Shown here: positions 1 through 9,941 of the stretch, piece after piece | How positions within the stretch are numbered: the stretch's first letter is position 1 | Layout of the letters: every line of letters starts with the position of its first letter | Assembly (NCBI GenBank): GCA_003558085.1 | Contig: PWMT01000058.1 | Location: 1-43,064 of the forward strand | Direction: 5' to 3' | DNA: 43,064 nt | DNA from: Methanobacteriaceae archaeon | GTDB lineage: Archaea > Methanobacteriota > Methanobacteria > Methanobacteriales > Methanobacteriaceae | Position numbers and translations under genes: made by a program | The notes under the pieces: model-generated | What the model saw: only the letters and a program-made list of their open reading frames with translations | What the model was told of the DNA's origin: nothing | The model's database searches: none

Positions 1-149
1 ATGGCGGAGGCATCATCACCAAATCCTAACATGGTTTGCTCACTTACATTATATGCACCCTGCAGGATAGTGGTAATTGATCTTATTTGTTTTTTGCGGG
101 TGACTCCCCCAAAATTTTTTATAGACTTAACCAGAAGGCTTAACTCCAT
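1..149 (-). CDS. Methanogenesis marker 2 protein (AIR synthase/PurM-like), N-terminal part, runs off window
   Basis: Not in ORF track. Manual translation from ATG at 149: MELSLLVKSIKNFGGVTRKKQIRSITTILQGAYNVSEQTMLGFGDDASA. The GxTRK and GDDA motifs fit marker 2. RBS GAGGTG lies just upstream, inside the end of the DUF2117 gene. Confidence 0.8.
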   Translation of the reverse strand, partial: MELSLLVKSIKNFGGVTRKKQIRSITTILQGAYNVSEQTMLGFGDDASA

Positions 150-150
150 T

Positions 151-1284
151 CTACACCTCAACAAACTCAGTATCTTTTATATAATATTTTGCTGCTGTAT
201 TATTAATAATTTGTAATATTTCCTTTTTAAAATTTTCGATATCGTCAATTTCAATGGTCTCCTGCTCTTGGAAGACCTCCAAAAAAATTATATCACCTAT
301 TATATCATCCCAACCTTCTTCCAGTTCTATAATCATTGATCCTGAACTTTTAAAGCCGTTTTCTACCACTTGATCCAGGTCGCCATCAGTAATACCAATG
401 ATGGGAACATTAAAGCGGTAGAGAATATCTGCTGCCACCAAAGTAGTATCATCTCCAATGGTTACCACATAATCCGCATTTTTTAAACGATATATGTCTT
501 CAGCAGCATGATTTAAAAATGAGACCTTAATTTTATTATTATTGTTCTCGGATTTAATAACTCTTGGAGCTATATTGAATCTTCTAAGCAGGCCGGTTTT
601 AATAACCGCTTTATTAAGATCTATATATCCTAATTTTTCCAGGCCGTGTTCTTTTATTTTACCCCCAATCATCTGGGTGAGGATTCCATCTTCCGTCACC
701 ATGATCACTTCATGGGAAGTAGATTTGCCCACTACTATTCCATTTAAAAATATATTTTCATCTGGAGTCACTCCTACCAGTTTTCGGTAAGTTTTATGGC
801 CATGCTGATGACCACAATCGGTTCCTTCCCGGAATATTTCTTTAATAATCTGGGCAGGTAGAACAACTGATAATCCCATTTTTTGGGCTAATTCATGAGC
901 TAAAGGCCTTAAGGACTTTCTCCAGGGGATGATGCTACCATCATCTTCTCCAGGTCTTTCTATTTGAATTACTGCTGGTTTAGTTTGGGATCTTTTGAAT
1001 ACTTTATAGCCGAAACCATGGCCAGTTATATTAGATTTTCCATAATTGATTAAAAAAATGGGATGATATCCTTCTTGGTGAAATTTATCTAGGGAAGCAC
1101 TGGGTAGTCTCTTACTAGTAATATCGATAAGATGTTCTAGATGGGCGTCATGTACCGCGGTTCTGCCCATGGTGCCTCCCAGTCTCACTTTTACTTCACC
1201 ATAATTTTCCAGAAATTTGATAATTTTTAAGGCATACCCTGAATCTACAATGTAAGGTCCATGAACTACAACACCGATTTTCAT
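151..1284 (-). CDS. DUF2117 family protein (methanogen-conserved)
   Basis: N-terminal [27 protein letters not shown] and C-terminal TIGDDTT/GITDGD motifs typical of DUF2117. Confidence 0.85.
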   Translation of the reverse strand: MKIGVVVHGPYIVDSGYALKIIKFLENYGEVKVRLGGTMGRTAVHDAHLEHLIDITSKRLPSASLDKFHQEGYHPIFLINYGKSNITGHGFGYKVFKRSQTKPAVIQIERPGEDDGSIIPWRKSLRPLAHELAQKMGLSVVLPAQIIKEIFREGTDCGHQHGHKTYRKLVGVTPDENIFLNGIVVGKSTSHEVIMVTEDGILTQMIGGKIKEHGLEKLGYIDLNKAVIKTGLLRRFNIAPRVIKSENNNNKIKVSFLNHAAEDIYRLKNADYVVTIGDDTTLVAADILYRFNVPIIGITDGDLDQVVENGFKSSGSMIIELEEGWDDIIGDIIFLEVFQEQETIEIDDIENFKKEILQIINNTAAKYYIKDTEFVEV

Positions 1285-1448
1285 AGATTATGCTTAGATG
1301 GATTAATAGTTTATAATTTGTTGTTATTTTCCAGGCTTACTTTTATTAATAATTAAAAATTTTAGATTATTTCCATATCAGATTTTATAGGAAAAAATTA
1401 TTAGAAAGTTTTAACCGACAATCCCCCCAGAATCCATTTTTTTTTGGT

Positions 1449-1955
1449 TTAAACTGACTTAAATCTTTTTTTATAAATTTTAGACCCACATATATCACAT
1501 TCCGCATCCGGATAAGTTTCAGGAAATTCTTTTTTACATCCCTGGCAAATTTTTTTCCAAGTGAAGATCTCCTGTATACCTGGAGTTAGGATACTTTTGA
1601 AGGGTATTTTCCAAATTTTTAAAACATTTTGCATGGAATAATCATCAGTAATAACCTTTACTTTCCCATATCTTTTTTTTATGGTTAATGCCAATCCTAA
1701 AAGTTTTTTATCAGTAGATGAAAGCCTTAAATTATCTCCTGAACTTTTTATAGTGCTCTCCACTTCCTGGAGATCTTCCTCGTCTGGTTCTTCCATCAGC
1801 AGCTTTCCTGCTTTAATCAAGCTTTCCATTAGAAAGCGTGATTTAAAATCTTTTAATTCCTCGCTAACCTCAGGTACGGTGTAATTTAAAGCATCCTCAG
1901 CTGAAAATTCTCCAATAAAAGCCGAAGCATCTAATACTTGATATTTTTTAGTCAT
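1449..1955 (-). CDS. nob1: NOB1-family PIN endoribonuclease (16S rRNA maturation)
   Basis: PIN motifs VLDASAFI, LSSTD, TDDYSMQNV plus C-terminal Zn ribbon CQGC..CDICGS. Confidence 0.9.
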   Translation of the reverse strand: MTKKYQVLDASAFIGEFSAEDALNYTVPEVSEELKDFKSRFLMESLIKAGKLLMEEPDEEDLQEVESTIKSSGDNLRLSSTDKKLLGLALTIKKRYGKVKVITDDYSMQNVLKIWKIPFKSILTPGIQEIFTWKKICQGCKKEFPETYPDAECDICGSKIYKKRFKSV

Positions 1956-2080
1956 GTGAACATCTTTTATTAAAAAAAATATTAAATTTTTTCGTAGAAT
2001 GGTAATTATGATGATTTTTTAGTCTTTAGAATATTTTAAACGGTTATAAATGTTTTTAGGGTTCAATTATATTTACTACT

Positions 2081-2097
2081 AAAAAAAAATTATATGC
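2081..2097 (+). promoter_or_regulatory. Putative BRE/TATA promoter for candidate sRNA
   Basis: A-rich run followed by TTATATG at 2090-2096, about 23 nt before the G-run that opens a GC-rich stem at 2119. Confidence 0.4.
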
Positions 2098-2118
2098 ATG
2101 AAAGCATATATTTATATC

Positions 2119-2200
2119 GGGGGGCAGGATGATAATTTCTCTTAAACTTGTTTAAATTGAACTAAAAAACCGCCTCCAATCCAATTTATCCCTGCCCCCT
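2119..2200 (+). ncRNA. Candidate small structured ncRNA (unknown family; strand inferred from TATA position)
   Basis: GGGGGCAGG(2120-2128) pairs with CCTGCCCCC(2191-2199). After an AT bulge, GATAATTT pairs with AATTTATC (7/8). The loop contains CCGCCTCC. GC-rich island in an AT-rich intergenic region. Confidence 0.45.
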
Positions 2201-2403
2201 ATCTAGAGGTATATTAATCTAGTGAATCTCATATCCCCGGTTAAACTCTTTCTTTATTTCATTTAAATCGGATGATAAGGGTAGTCATATTGGAAGAATA
2301 AATTAGGTTGATTTTTTAATCAATTAAATCCTTAAAGGATATAAATTATAAAATAAAAATTTGAACTAAATCTTATAGAATATTTTCTTGGAGTATTAGT
2401 AAT

Positions 2404-2928
2404 ATGAAGAGCAATAGCATGGAAGCACATCGTAAAAGTAGTCCTTCTACTGTCAAATGTGGAGTGATCACTCTAAGTGATTCTCGTTATCAGGAATCAT
2501 TGCAAAATGAAAACAAAGATGTTTCTGGGCAGATGCTGGTAGAGAAGTTAAATGAAAAGTATGCAGTGCAGGATTATAAAATCATTCCTGATGAGGCTGA
2601 AATTCTAACCCAAACTGTAGAGGACATGATCCAAAAAGGGAAGCTTCAGGTAATTTTCACTACTGGTGGCACTGGTATTGGCAGTAGGGATATTACCGTG
2701 GAAACTCTACAGGAACTGTTTGAAAAAGAATTGAAAGGTTTTGGAGAAATATTCCGTCATGAAACATATAAAGAATTAGGAGCAGCTGCAATTCTAAGTA
2801 GAGCTACCGCCGGTGTTTATAATAATTGTTTAATAGTATCCCTTCCAGGATCACCCCATGCAGTTAAGTTGGGTATCCAGATCATAGTTGACGAACTGGG
2901 ACATTTGGTTAAACATTTGCAGGAATAA
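2404..2928 (+). CDS. moaB: Molybdopterin adenylyltransferase MoaB/Mog family
   Basis: ITLSDS, DVSG, TTGGTGIGSRDITVE, SRATAG, LPGSP motifs. Confidence 0.92.
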   Translation: MKSNSMEAHRKSSPSTVKCGVITLSDSRYQESLQNENKDVSGQMLVEKLNEKYAVQDYKIIPDEAEILTQTVEDMIQKGKLQVIFTTGGTGIGSRDITVETLQELFEKELKGFGEIFRHETYKELGAAAILSRATAGVYNNCLIVSLPGSPHAVKLGIQIIVDELGHLVKHLQE

Positions 2929-2966
2929 GCTTAATATTAAATATGTCAAATTTATTAAAAAATTCT

Positions 2967-2975
2967 AAAAAAAAA
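2967..2975 (-). terminator. Oligo-U terminator downstream of pyrE
   Basis: A9 on + strand (T9 on -) just after the pyrE stop; archaeal-type intrinsic terminator. Confidence 0.35.
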
Positions 2976-2981
2976 GGTTAA

Positions 2982-3521
2982 TTAATCTAAAAATTCTTCC
3001 ACCACTATTAATGGTTCCAAGTTGACCCCATAACTTTTAAGATTTTCTTTAGCACCTTCTAATCTATCTACAACTACAAAAGCTCTTTTAACCAATCCTC
3101 CATTATCTTCAATAGCTTTAATAGCCTTTAATAGTGAATTACCAGTGGTAGTTACATCTTCAACCACCACTACCTGGTCTCCTTTTTTCAATTCACCTTC
3201 AATTAAATTAGAAGTACCATAACCTTTTTTTGATTTACGGATCATTAATAAAGGTTTACCTGATTCTAAGGAGATGGCAGTGGCAATAGGAACTGCTCCT
3301 AAAGCAGGACCTGCAATTTTAGTGATATCCTCATCTTTAATCTTTTGACTGATAATCTCAGCAATAATTGCTAGAATCGGTGGTTGGGTAATAGCTTTTT
3401 TCATATCCACATAGTAGTTACTTTCTTTACCTGAAGATAAAACAAAGTTACCTACCTTGATCACTTCATTTTTTTGCAGTAAATCCATTAGGACTTTTTT
3501 AGCCTCAATCGTGCCTTGCAT
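2982..3521 (-). CDS. pyrE: Orotate phosphoribosyltransferase
   Basis: [27 protein letters not shown] motif [12 protein letters not shown]. Confidence 0.95.
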   Translation of the reverse strand: MQGTIEAKKVLMDLLQKNEVIKVGNFVLSSGKESNYYVDMKKAITQPPILAIIAEIISQKIKDEDITKIAGPALGAVPIATAISLESGKPLLMIRKSKKGYGTSNLIEGELKKGDQVVVVEDVTTTGNSLLKAIKAIEDNGGLVKRAFVVVDRLEGAKENLKSYGVNLEPLIVVEEFLD

Positions 3522-3640
3522 AAATTACATACACCTCGATCCGGATAATAACAGTTACTGCAAACTAAGCTACCACAAATAGAACAAGTATATAATTTAC
3601 CAGCTTTACCACAAATATGGCATATGCCTTGAACTTCCAT
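3488..3640 (-). CDS. Small 8-Cys zinc-finger protein (50 aa) upstream of pyrE
   Basis: Not in ORF track. Manual translation [50 protein letters not shown]; four CxxC motifs. Confidence 0.8.
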   Translation of the reverse strand: MEVQGICHICGKAGKLYTCSICGSLVCSNCYYPDRGVCNLCKARLRLKKS

Positions 3641-3671
3641 GGAATACCCTAATTAGAGTTTTTTCTGATTT

Positions 3672-3683
3672 AAAAAAAAAAAA
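3672..3683 (-). terminator. Oligo-U terminator after PRC-barrel gene
   Basis: A12 on + strand about 20 nt past the stop of 3704..3937. Confidence 0.35.
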
Positions 3684-3703
3684 TAAATTAAATTTGATGA
3701 ATA

Positions 3704-3937
3704 TTAGTCCATGGCACTTTTTAGTAAAATTTTATCTCCAATTTTTTTTACCATGTCATAGGGAACTATTGTTTCACCTTTGGAAAGACCCAGACCTTCA
3801 GATATTCCTCCCTTTCCTAAAACTAATGATTCTATAGTATTGGTTTCCATATCTATTTGCACGTCTTTAACCTTTCCAATAATAACCGCAGTATTATCCA
3901 GAACTTCTTTACCGACTATTTCCTCAACAATCCTCAT
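3704..3937 (-). CDS. Single-domain PRC-barrel protein (CdpB-like)
   Basis: EIVGKEVLD...IGKVKDVQID...IVPYDMVKKIGDKILL is the PRC-barrel pattern; RBS AGGTGA. Confidence 0.88.
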   Translation of the reverse strand: MRIVEEIVGKEVLDNTAVIIGKVKDVQIDMETNTIESLVLGKGGISEGLGLSKGETIVPYDMVKKIGDKILLKSAMD

Positions 3938-4027
3938 GTTATCACCTTAATAAGATTTGTATGGTAAATTATTTAAATTTTACAGTATATTAAAAATTTT
4001 AAAAAAAAATAAAAAAGATTTTGAAGA

Positions 4028-5611
4028 TTAGATATCCTCAAAACATTTATTCAAATGCTCTTCATCAGGTGGTTTAGTAAGCAGACTCACCACTATTGTA
4101 AATATTGCCGATATTGGCAGAGCAATCACTAGAGGATCTACCGCTGCCCATGGCGCAGATTGAATTAGGGTGGGTGTTCCTACTAAAAATTGGGATATGC
4201 CTAGTGCCTCAGCAGAGGTTTTGAAGACTAAAAATAACCATGAAACACTAACTATAGTCCCTGAAACCATACCTGCAATAACTCCTGCTTTAGTGGATCG
4301 TTTCCAGAATAATGCTCCTATATACATGGAAAGGAAAGCTGCTACTGTTAAACTAAACCATAAGGCAGTTCCAATGGCAATTATACTTGCAGGTAATAAA
4401 AATCCTAAAATTACTGCAATCGCTACGGCAATGGCGATGGCACTTCGAGCAATGAATACTGAAGATCCTCCTCTAACCTGGCGAAGGGTTTCATACACAT
4501 CCCTTCCAATAGCAGTTCCCTGCACATGAAACTGGGAACTCAAAGTGGACATGGCTGCAGATAATAGAGTAACCATGAATATATAAGCAAACCATAAGGG
4601 CATGGCCGTAGAAATAAATAAAGGAATGATCCTATCAGCATTTCCTTCTGCAGCTTGAATTGCTATCTGGCCAGTTTCCTGGAAGAAAAAGACATTGGAG
4701 AGCGAACCCACTATAAAAGCAGTCCCAGTCATTAAAAATATGAAAATTCCTCCCACAAAAACCGCTCGGTTAAGTTCTTTATTGGATTTTACAGTCATAA
4801 AACGCACTGCCAATTGAGGTTGGGATAAAACACCAATACCTACCCCTAGTATCAAAGTAGAAACTAAGGTCCACCAGAAAGGACTTCCGAGGGAAGGCAT
4901 GCTCGTCCAACCTCTAGCTCCAGTTTCCACCGCTGCAGCAGGTAGTAAGGGAGTTAAATTGGTTAGTGCCTGATTAGCCTGACCTACCCCACCTAATAAG
5001 TAGTAGATGGAAAAGAGAAGAAAGATCATACCAAAAAACATGATGGTTCCCTGCAGGGCATCGGTATACATTACTCCTTTCAAACCCCCAAAAATAACAT
5101 AAACTGCAACTATAAATGCCATTGCCAGTAAAGCCAGATTATAATCAATATTTAAGGTGGTCTCTACAAAACGAGCCATTCCAATTAGTACTACCGATGC
5201 ATACAGGGGCATGCCTAAAAAAATCACCAAACCTGAGAAATATTGGATGAATTTGCTCTTATAGCGGCGAGATAAAAATTCTGGAAAAGTCAAAGCCTCT
5301 AATTTATGGCCCATTTTCCTAGTTCTTTTACCAAAGAGAACAAACGCAATGAAAATTCCCACAATTATATTTAAAGCTGTCAACCACAAAAGACCCATAC
5401 CATATACTCCGGATATTCCTCCAAATCCTACAATAGCCGCAGTACTGATGAAAGTAGCACCATAACTCATAGCCATTATATAGGGATGAGTTTTACGACC
5501 AGCGACCATATAATCTGCAGCGGTCTTAGTACGCTTCCAGGCTATATAAGCCGTAAAAGCCAGTAAAGAAAGATAAAATATTAATATTATAGTTAAAAGA
5601 GTTACGTCCAA
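4028..5611 (-). CDS. Sodium:solute symporter family protein (paralog 2)
   Basis: DYMVAGR, ATFISTAAIVG, GGLKGVMYTDALQ, LSAAMSTLSSQ; about 13 hydrophobic segments. Start probably TTG at 5611 (ORF track extends to 5626). Confidence 0.93.
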   Translation of the reverse strand: MDVTLLTIILIFYLSLLAFTAYIAWKRTKTAADYMVAGRKTHPYIMAMSYGATFISTAAIVGFGGISGVYGMGLLWLTALNIIVGIFIAFVLFGKRTRKMGHKLEALTFPEFLSRRYKSKFIQYFSGLVIFLGMPLYASVVLIGMARFVETTLNIDYNLALLAMAFIVAVYVIFGGLKGVMYTDALQGTIMFFGMIFLLFSIYYLLGGVGQANQALTNLTPLLPAAAVETGARGWTSMPSLGSPFWWTLVSTLILGVGIGVLSQPQLAVRFMTVKSNKELNRAVFVGGIFIFLMTGTAFIVGSLSNVFFFQETGQIAIQAAEGNADRIIPLFISTAMPLWFAYIFMVTLLSAAMSTLSSQFHVQGTAIGRDVYETLRQVRGGSSVFIARSAIAIAVAIAVILGFLLPASIIAIGTALWFSLTVAAFLSMYIGALFWKRSTKAGVIAGMVSGTIVSVSWLFLVFKTSAEALGISQFLVGTPTLIQSAPWAAVDPLVIALPISAIFTIVVSLLTKPPDEEHLNKCFEDI

Positions 5612-5654
5612 GCGATCACAACCCATTATCGCGTAAATATATTTTTAGTTTAAT

Positions 5655-5849
5655 TTAAAACCCTAATTCTTCTTCTTCCATTTCCAATTCTTTTTTTTCC
5701 CATTCGAGTTCTTCTAATATTTCCTTTTTTTCATCATCTCCGCCTTTATTCCAATTTAAAATTCCATAAAAGACACAGATTAATACCCCTAGTATGCTTA
5801 AAACATATGCACCCCATACCCAAGGGTCTGGAATTCCTAAAAGTTCCAA
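5655..5849 (-). CDS. Symporter small accessory membrane protein
   Basis: LGIPDPWVWGAYVLSILGVLICVFYGILNWNKG plus acidic tail; RBS AGGAGGTGA favours a TTG start at 5849. Confidence 0.85.
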   Translation of the reverse strand: MELLGIPDPWVWGAYVLSILGVLICVFYGILNWNKGGDDEKKEILEELEWEKKELEMEEEELGF

Positions 5850-5869
5850 AAATTTCACCTCCTGCGATA

Positions 5870-5897
5870 TTCCCTGGTTATTTTAAAACTCCAGGAA
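5870..5897 (-). promoter_or_regulatory. Inverted repeat directly upstream of the accessory-gene RBS
   Basis: On - strand TTCCTGG-N13-CCAGGGAA, directly 5' of AGGAGGTGA. Confidence 0.3.
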
Positions 5898-6051
5898 ATT
5901 TTAACAAATAATTATTATTAATCATTAATAATATATTTAAGTATTTATTATTTTCATCCTCTCAAATTAAGAATTAAATCAGCTAAACTCACAGCCATCT
6001 GCTAGGAATAATGATTAGAATGCAGGGATCTATGCTTAAAACCATCTTTTT

Positions 6052-7635
6052 TTAAATACCTTTAAAGCATTTATCAATATATTGCTTTTCTGGTGGTTTA
6101 GTCAAATAACTTACCAGTATGGTTACTATAAAAGCAAAAGGTACCGAAATTACAATGGGATCGATCACTGGCCAAGGTAGACTAGTTAACAGTACTTCTT
6201 TTCCAGTTAAGGATTGAACAATTCCCAGTGGCGCAGCAGTTCTTTCAAAAACAAAAAATAGCCAGAAAATACTGGTTAAGGTACCCACTAACATTCCTGA
6301 TATAGCACCCCATTTGCTGGTTCTTTTCCAAAAAAGAGCGCAAATAAAAACAGATAAAAATGCTGCAGCACAGATTCCAAAGAATAAAGCCGTGCCCAAT
6401 GCAATTATACTCCCGGGTAACAAATATCCCATTACTAGTGCAATTAAAACTGAAAATCCAATACCTATTCGAGCTATGGGAACAGATTTATCTCCCTTTT
6501 TTTTAAATATGGTTTCATATACATCTCTTCCTATGGAAGTGCCCTGTACGTGTACCTGGGAGCTGAGGGTGGACATGGCTGCAGAAAGTAAGGTAATCAT
6601 GAAAATATAGGCAAACCATTCGGGCATGGCATTGTTAATAAAAACTGGTATTATTTTATCTATATTGCCTCCCACTACCTGTGTAGCTAACTGTCCTGTT
6701 TGTTGGAAAAAATAAACATTAGAAAGTGAACCTACCAGGTAAGCAGTTCCCGGTAAAAAGAATATGAATAAACCTCCCATGAAAACGGCTCTGTTCAATT
6801 CTCGATTAGATTTAACTGTCATGAATCTAACTGCCAATTGTGGTTGGGCCAGAACACCAATACCTACACCTAAAATGATCGTGGAAACCAGAGTCCACCA
6901 CCAGGGACTGCCCAGACTAGGAAAGGAAGTCCATCCTGTTCCCCCTACAGCAGTTACCTCTGAGGTTAAAAAGGGAGTTAAATTAGTTAATGATTGATGG
7001 GCATTGCTAACTCCTCCTAAGAGATAATAAGTGCTTATCAATAGGAATATCATTCCTAAAAACATGATGGAACCTTGAAGAGCATCGGTATACATCACTC
7101 CTTTTATGCCACCCATCATCACATAAACCGCTACTATGATAGCCATAATTAACAAAGCTATATTAAAGTCAATCAGAATTGTAGCCTCTATAAATCGAGC
7201 TGCTCCAATTAAAACTACCGATGCATATAAGGGCATGGCAAAGAAGATGATTAAACCAGCAAAATATTGAATGAACTTACTATTAAAGCGTTGCCCTAAA
7301 AATTCTGGGAAAGTAAGTGCAGACATATTATGTCCCATTTTTCTGGTTCTTTTTCCAAAAACAACGAAGGCGATAAATATACCTAGAATAATATTCAAAA
7401 ACACTAACCATAGAATTCCCATACCGAACTGACCTGCGATTCCTCCAAAACCTACAATCGCAGCGGTACTGATAAAAGTAGCACCATAACTTAAGGCCAT
7501 GATATAGGGATGGCTTTTACGCCCGGCTAACATATAATCCTCCGAACTTTTGGTCTTTTTCCAGGCCACAAATCCTACATAGCCTATAATGAACAAGTAA
7601 ATTATAATTATTAGAGTCAGAACCATTATATTCAT
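6052..7635 (-). CDS. Sodium:solute symporter family protein (paralog 1)
   Basis: Same SSS motifs as 4028..5611 and colinear with it over its whole length. Confidence 0.93.
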   Translation of the reverse strand: MNIMVLTLIIIIYLFIIGYVGFVAWKKTKSSEDYMLAGRKSHPYIMALSYGATFISTAAIVGFGGIAGQFGMGILWLVFLNIILGIFIAFVVFGKRTRKMGHNMSALTFPEFLGQRFNSKFIQYFAGLIIFFAMPLYASVVLIGAARFIEATILIDFNIALLIMAIIVAVYVMMGGIKGVMYTDALQGSIMFLGMIFLLISTYYLLGGVSNAHQSLTNLTPFLTSEVTAVGGTGWTSFPSLGSPWWWTLVSTIILGVGIGVLAQPQLAVRFMTVKSNRELNRAVFMGGLFIFFLPGTAYLVGSLSNVYFFQQTGQLATQVVGGNIDKIIPVFINNAMPEWFAYIFMITLLSAAMSTLSSQVHVQGTSIGRDVYETIFKKKGDKSVPIARIGIGFSVLIALVMGYLLPGSIIALGTALFFGICAAAFLSVFICALFWKRTSKWGAISGMLVGTLTSIFWLFFVFERTAAPLGIVQSLTGKEVLLTSLPWPVIDPIVISVPFAFIVTILVSYLTKPPEKQYIDKCFKGI

Positions 7636-7695
7636 TTTTAACTCCTCAAAGCTTTATTCAATTTAATACATACTAGGAGTGATTTAATATCCCAT

Positions 7696-7744
7696 AGATT
7701 ATAATTTTAAATAGAATTTATGGAATGAGATTATAATTTTAAAT
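7696..7744. repeat. 17-bp direct repeat in the divergent SSS/paaK intergenic region
   Basis: AGATTATAATTTTAAAT at 7696-7712 and 7728-7744 (period 32); each copy holds a TATA-like element on the - strand. Confidence 0.7.
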
Positions 7745-8011
7745 GAATTATCCACTTAAACATATAAATAATGCGATTTAGTTTATAACCATAAACTATA
7801 AATCTACTTTCACCTCATAGCCAGGATATTATATTAAGCATATCTACTATTTTTTTAAAAAAAAAGAAGTCCTGACGCTGCATTGAAGACTTCCTAGTGA
7901 AGAAATATAAAACTATATCCACTATTTTATACCTAATTAAAATAAGAATTGAAATTTTGATGTTAAAAAAAATATTCGTTTGATCTACATAAATATATTA
8001 AAGGGGATAAG

Positions 8012-9313
8012 ATGATTTGGAATAAAGAAGCCGAATGCATGTCTAGAGAAGACAGAGAGAAACTGCAACTGGAAAGACTTAAAGAAACAGTGGCCAGGGC
8101 TTATGAAAAAGTACCTTATTATCGAAAAACATTTGATGCTGCAAATATAAAGCCCGATGATATTAAAAGTTTAGATGATCTGGAAAAGTTACCATTCACC
8201 ACTAAAACAGATTTAAGAGAAGCTTACCCATTCGGAATGTTCGCTGTAAATGATGAAGAGATTATAGAAGTACATACTTCTTCTGGTACTACTGGAAAAC
8301 CAACCGTATCTGGTTATACTAGAGAGGACTTAGAAATTTGGGGAGAGGTTATGGCTCGTGCCCTGACCATGGCCTTAGCTGATAAATCAGATCGTATACA
8401 GAATTGTTATGGTTACGGTTTATTTACCGGCGGTCTGGGGGTGCATTATGGTGCCCAGAAAGTTGGTTCCACAGTTATACCTATCTCTGCGGGTAATACA
8501 CAGCGACAAGTAGAAATTATGCAGGATTTTAAAACCAGTATAATCACTTGCACCCCCTCTTATGCTCTCTATTTAGGGGAAGTATTGAAAAAACAGGGGG
8601 TGGATATTGAAGATTTGAATTTGAAATCCGGAGTTTTCGGAGCAGAGATGTGGACAGAAGAAATGAGGAATGAAATCGAAAACCGATTGGGATTGCTTGC
8701 TCTAAATATATATGGTCTGACTGAAATAATAGGGCCGGGTGTAGCTCAGGAGTGTCCCCAAAAGAATGGACTGCATGTTTTTGAAGATCATTTCTATCCA
8801 GAAATTATTGATTCTAAAACTCAAGAATCATTAGCTGATGGAGAAAAGGGAGAGCTGGTTTTAACCACCCTCACTAGAGAGGGTATGCCTATAATTCGTT
8901 TTAGAACTAAAGATATAACTGCCCTTAAAAGGGATAAGTGTGGCTGTGGAAGAACCCTTGTTAGAATGGATCGTATTACTGGCCGTACCGATGATATGTT
9001 AAAAATTAGGGGAGTTATTGTTTTCCCTTCCCAAATTGAAAGAGCTTTATTGAAAATTGAAGGATTGGATCCTCAATACCAGATTATCGTTACCCGACCT
9101 CGACATCTAGATGAATTAGAAGTACAAGTAGAAGCCTCACCTATGCTCTTTTCTGATGAAGTCAAGCATGTGGAAGAAGTTAAGAATATGATTGAAAGAA
9201 AAATACATAATGAAATAGGATTAAGAGTTAACGTAACCCTGGTTGAACCAGAAAGTCTTCCTAGAAGTGAAGGAAAGGCCATAAGAGTTATTGATAAGCG
9301 AAAATTTGATTGA
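8012..9313 (+). CDS. paaK: Phenylacetate-CoA ligase (aryl-acid CoA ligase)
   Basis: [48 protein letters not shown] motifs. Confidence 0.92.
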   Translation: MIWNKEAECMSREDREKLQLERLKETVARAYEKVPYYRKTFDAANIKPDDIKSLDDLEKLPFTTKTDLREAYPFGMFAVNDEEIIEVHTSSGTTGKPTVSGYTREDLEIWGEVMARALTMALADKSDRIQNCYGYGLFTGGLGVHYGAQKVGSTVIPISAGNTQRQVEIMQDFKTSIITCTPSYALYLGEVLKKQGVDIEDLNLKSGVFGAEMWTEEMRNEIENRLGLLALNIYGLTEIIGPGVAQECPQKNGLHVFEDHFYPEIIDSKTQESLADGEKGELVLTTLTREGMPIIRFRTKDITALKRDKCGCGRTLVRMDRITGRTDDMLKIRGVIVFPSQIERALLKIEGLDPQYQIIVTRPRHLDELEVQVEASPMLFSDEVKHVEEVKNMIERKIHNEIGLRVNVTLVEPESLPRSEGKAIRVIDKRKFD

Positions 9314-9362
9314 TAATTAGGGTATTGCTGATAGGTATAAAGAGACTATAGGGGGAAGCAAA

Positions 9363-9794
9363 ATGAAATTAAAACAAATATCAGTATTTTTAGAAAACAA
9401 GAAAGGAAGATTAAAAAAAGCCATAAATGTTTTATCCCAAGCAAATATTAATATCAGGGCTTTATCTATTGCCGATACTTCTGAATTTGGAATTTTGAGA
9501 TTGATTGTTCCTGATCCAGAACAAGCTAAACAAGTTTTAGAGGAAAATAAATTTGTAGTGAAAGTAAATGAAGTTATTGGAGTGGAAGTTCCTGATGAAC
9601 CAGGTGGTTTAGATAGTATTCTGGACTTTCTACATGATGCTGATCTTAATGTGGAGTACATTTATGCCTTCGTGGAAAAAAAATCAGATAAGGCTATAGT
9701 GGTTATTCGAACTGAAAATATTGAGGAAGGCCTAAAAGCCTTGAAAAAAGGTAATGCTGATGTACTTTCATCAGAAGAAGTATATAATCTGTAA
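9363..9794 (+). CDS. Tandem ACT-domain protein
   Basis: [14 protein letters not shown]...[18 protein letters not shown] and PDEPGGL...NVEYIYAF; the usual paaK partner. Confidence 0.9.
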   Translation: MKLKQISVFLENKKGRLKKAINVLSQANINIRALSIADTSEFGILRLIVPDPEQAKQVLEENKFVVKVNEVIGVEVPDEPGGLDSILDFLHDADLNVEYIYAFVEKKSDKAIVVIRTENIEEGLKALKKGNADVLSSEEVYNL

Positions 9795-9941
9795 TTAATA
9801 AATAATTTCTTTTATTAATTTTTTATAAAAATTAGTTGGATATTATTTCTACTAATTTCCTGAATAATTAGTTAATTCAGTAAATGATTATCTAAAGAAT
9901 AGTTATTGCTACTATATTCTTAAAAAAATATTTTTAGTTGA

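Noticed and set aside
1-216. + strand 71-aa ORF
   Set aside because: Antisense to the marker-2 and DUF2117 genes, which explain the region.
7650-7695. Possible remnant of a second symporter accessory gene
   Set aside because: Only a short AT-rich similarity and no reading frame; could be chance.
7866-7900. GAAGTC-CTGA...TTGAAGACTTC hairpin resembling a C/D-box K-loop
   Set aside because: No flanking box C/box D with proper guide lengths; stem only 6 bp.
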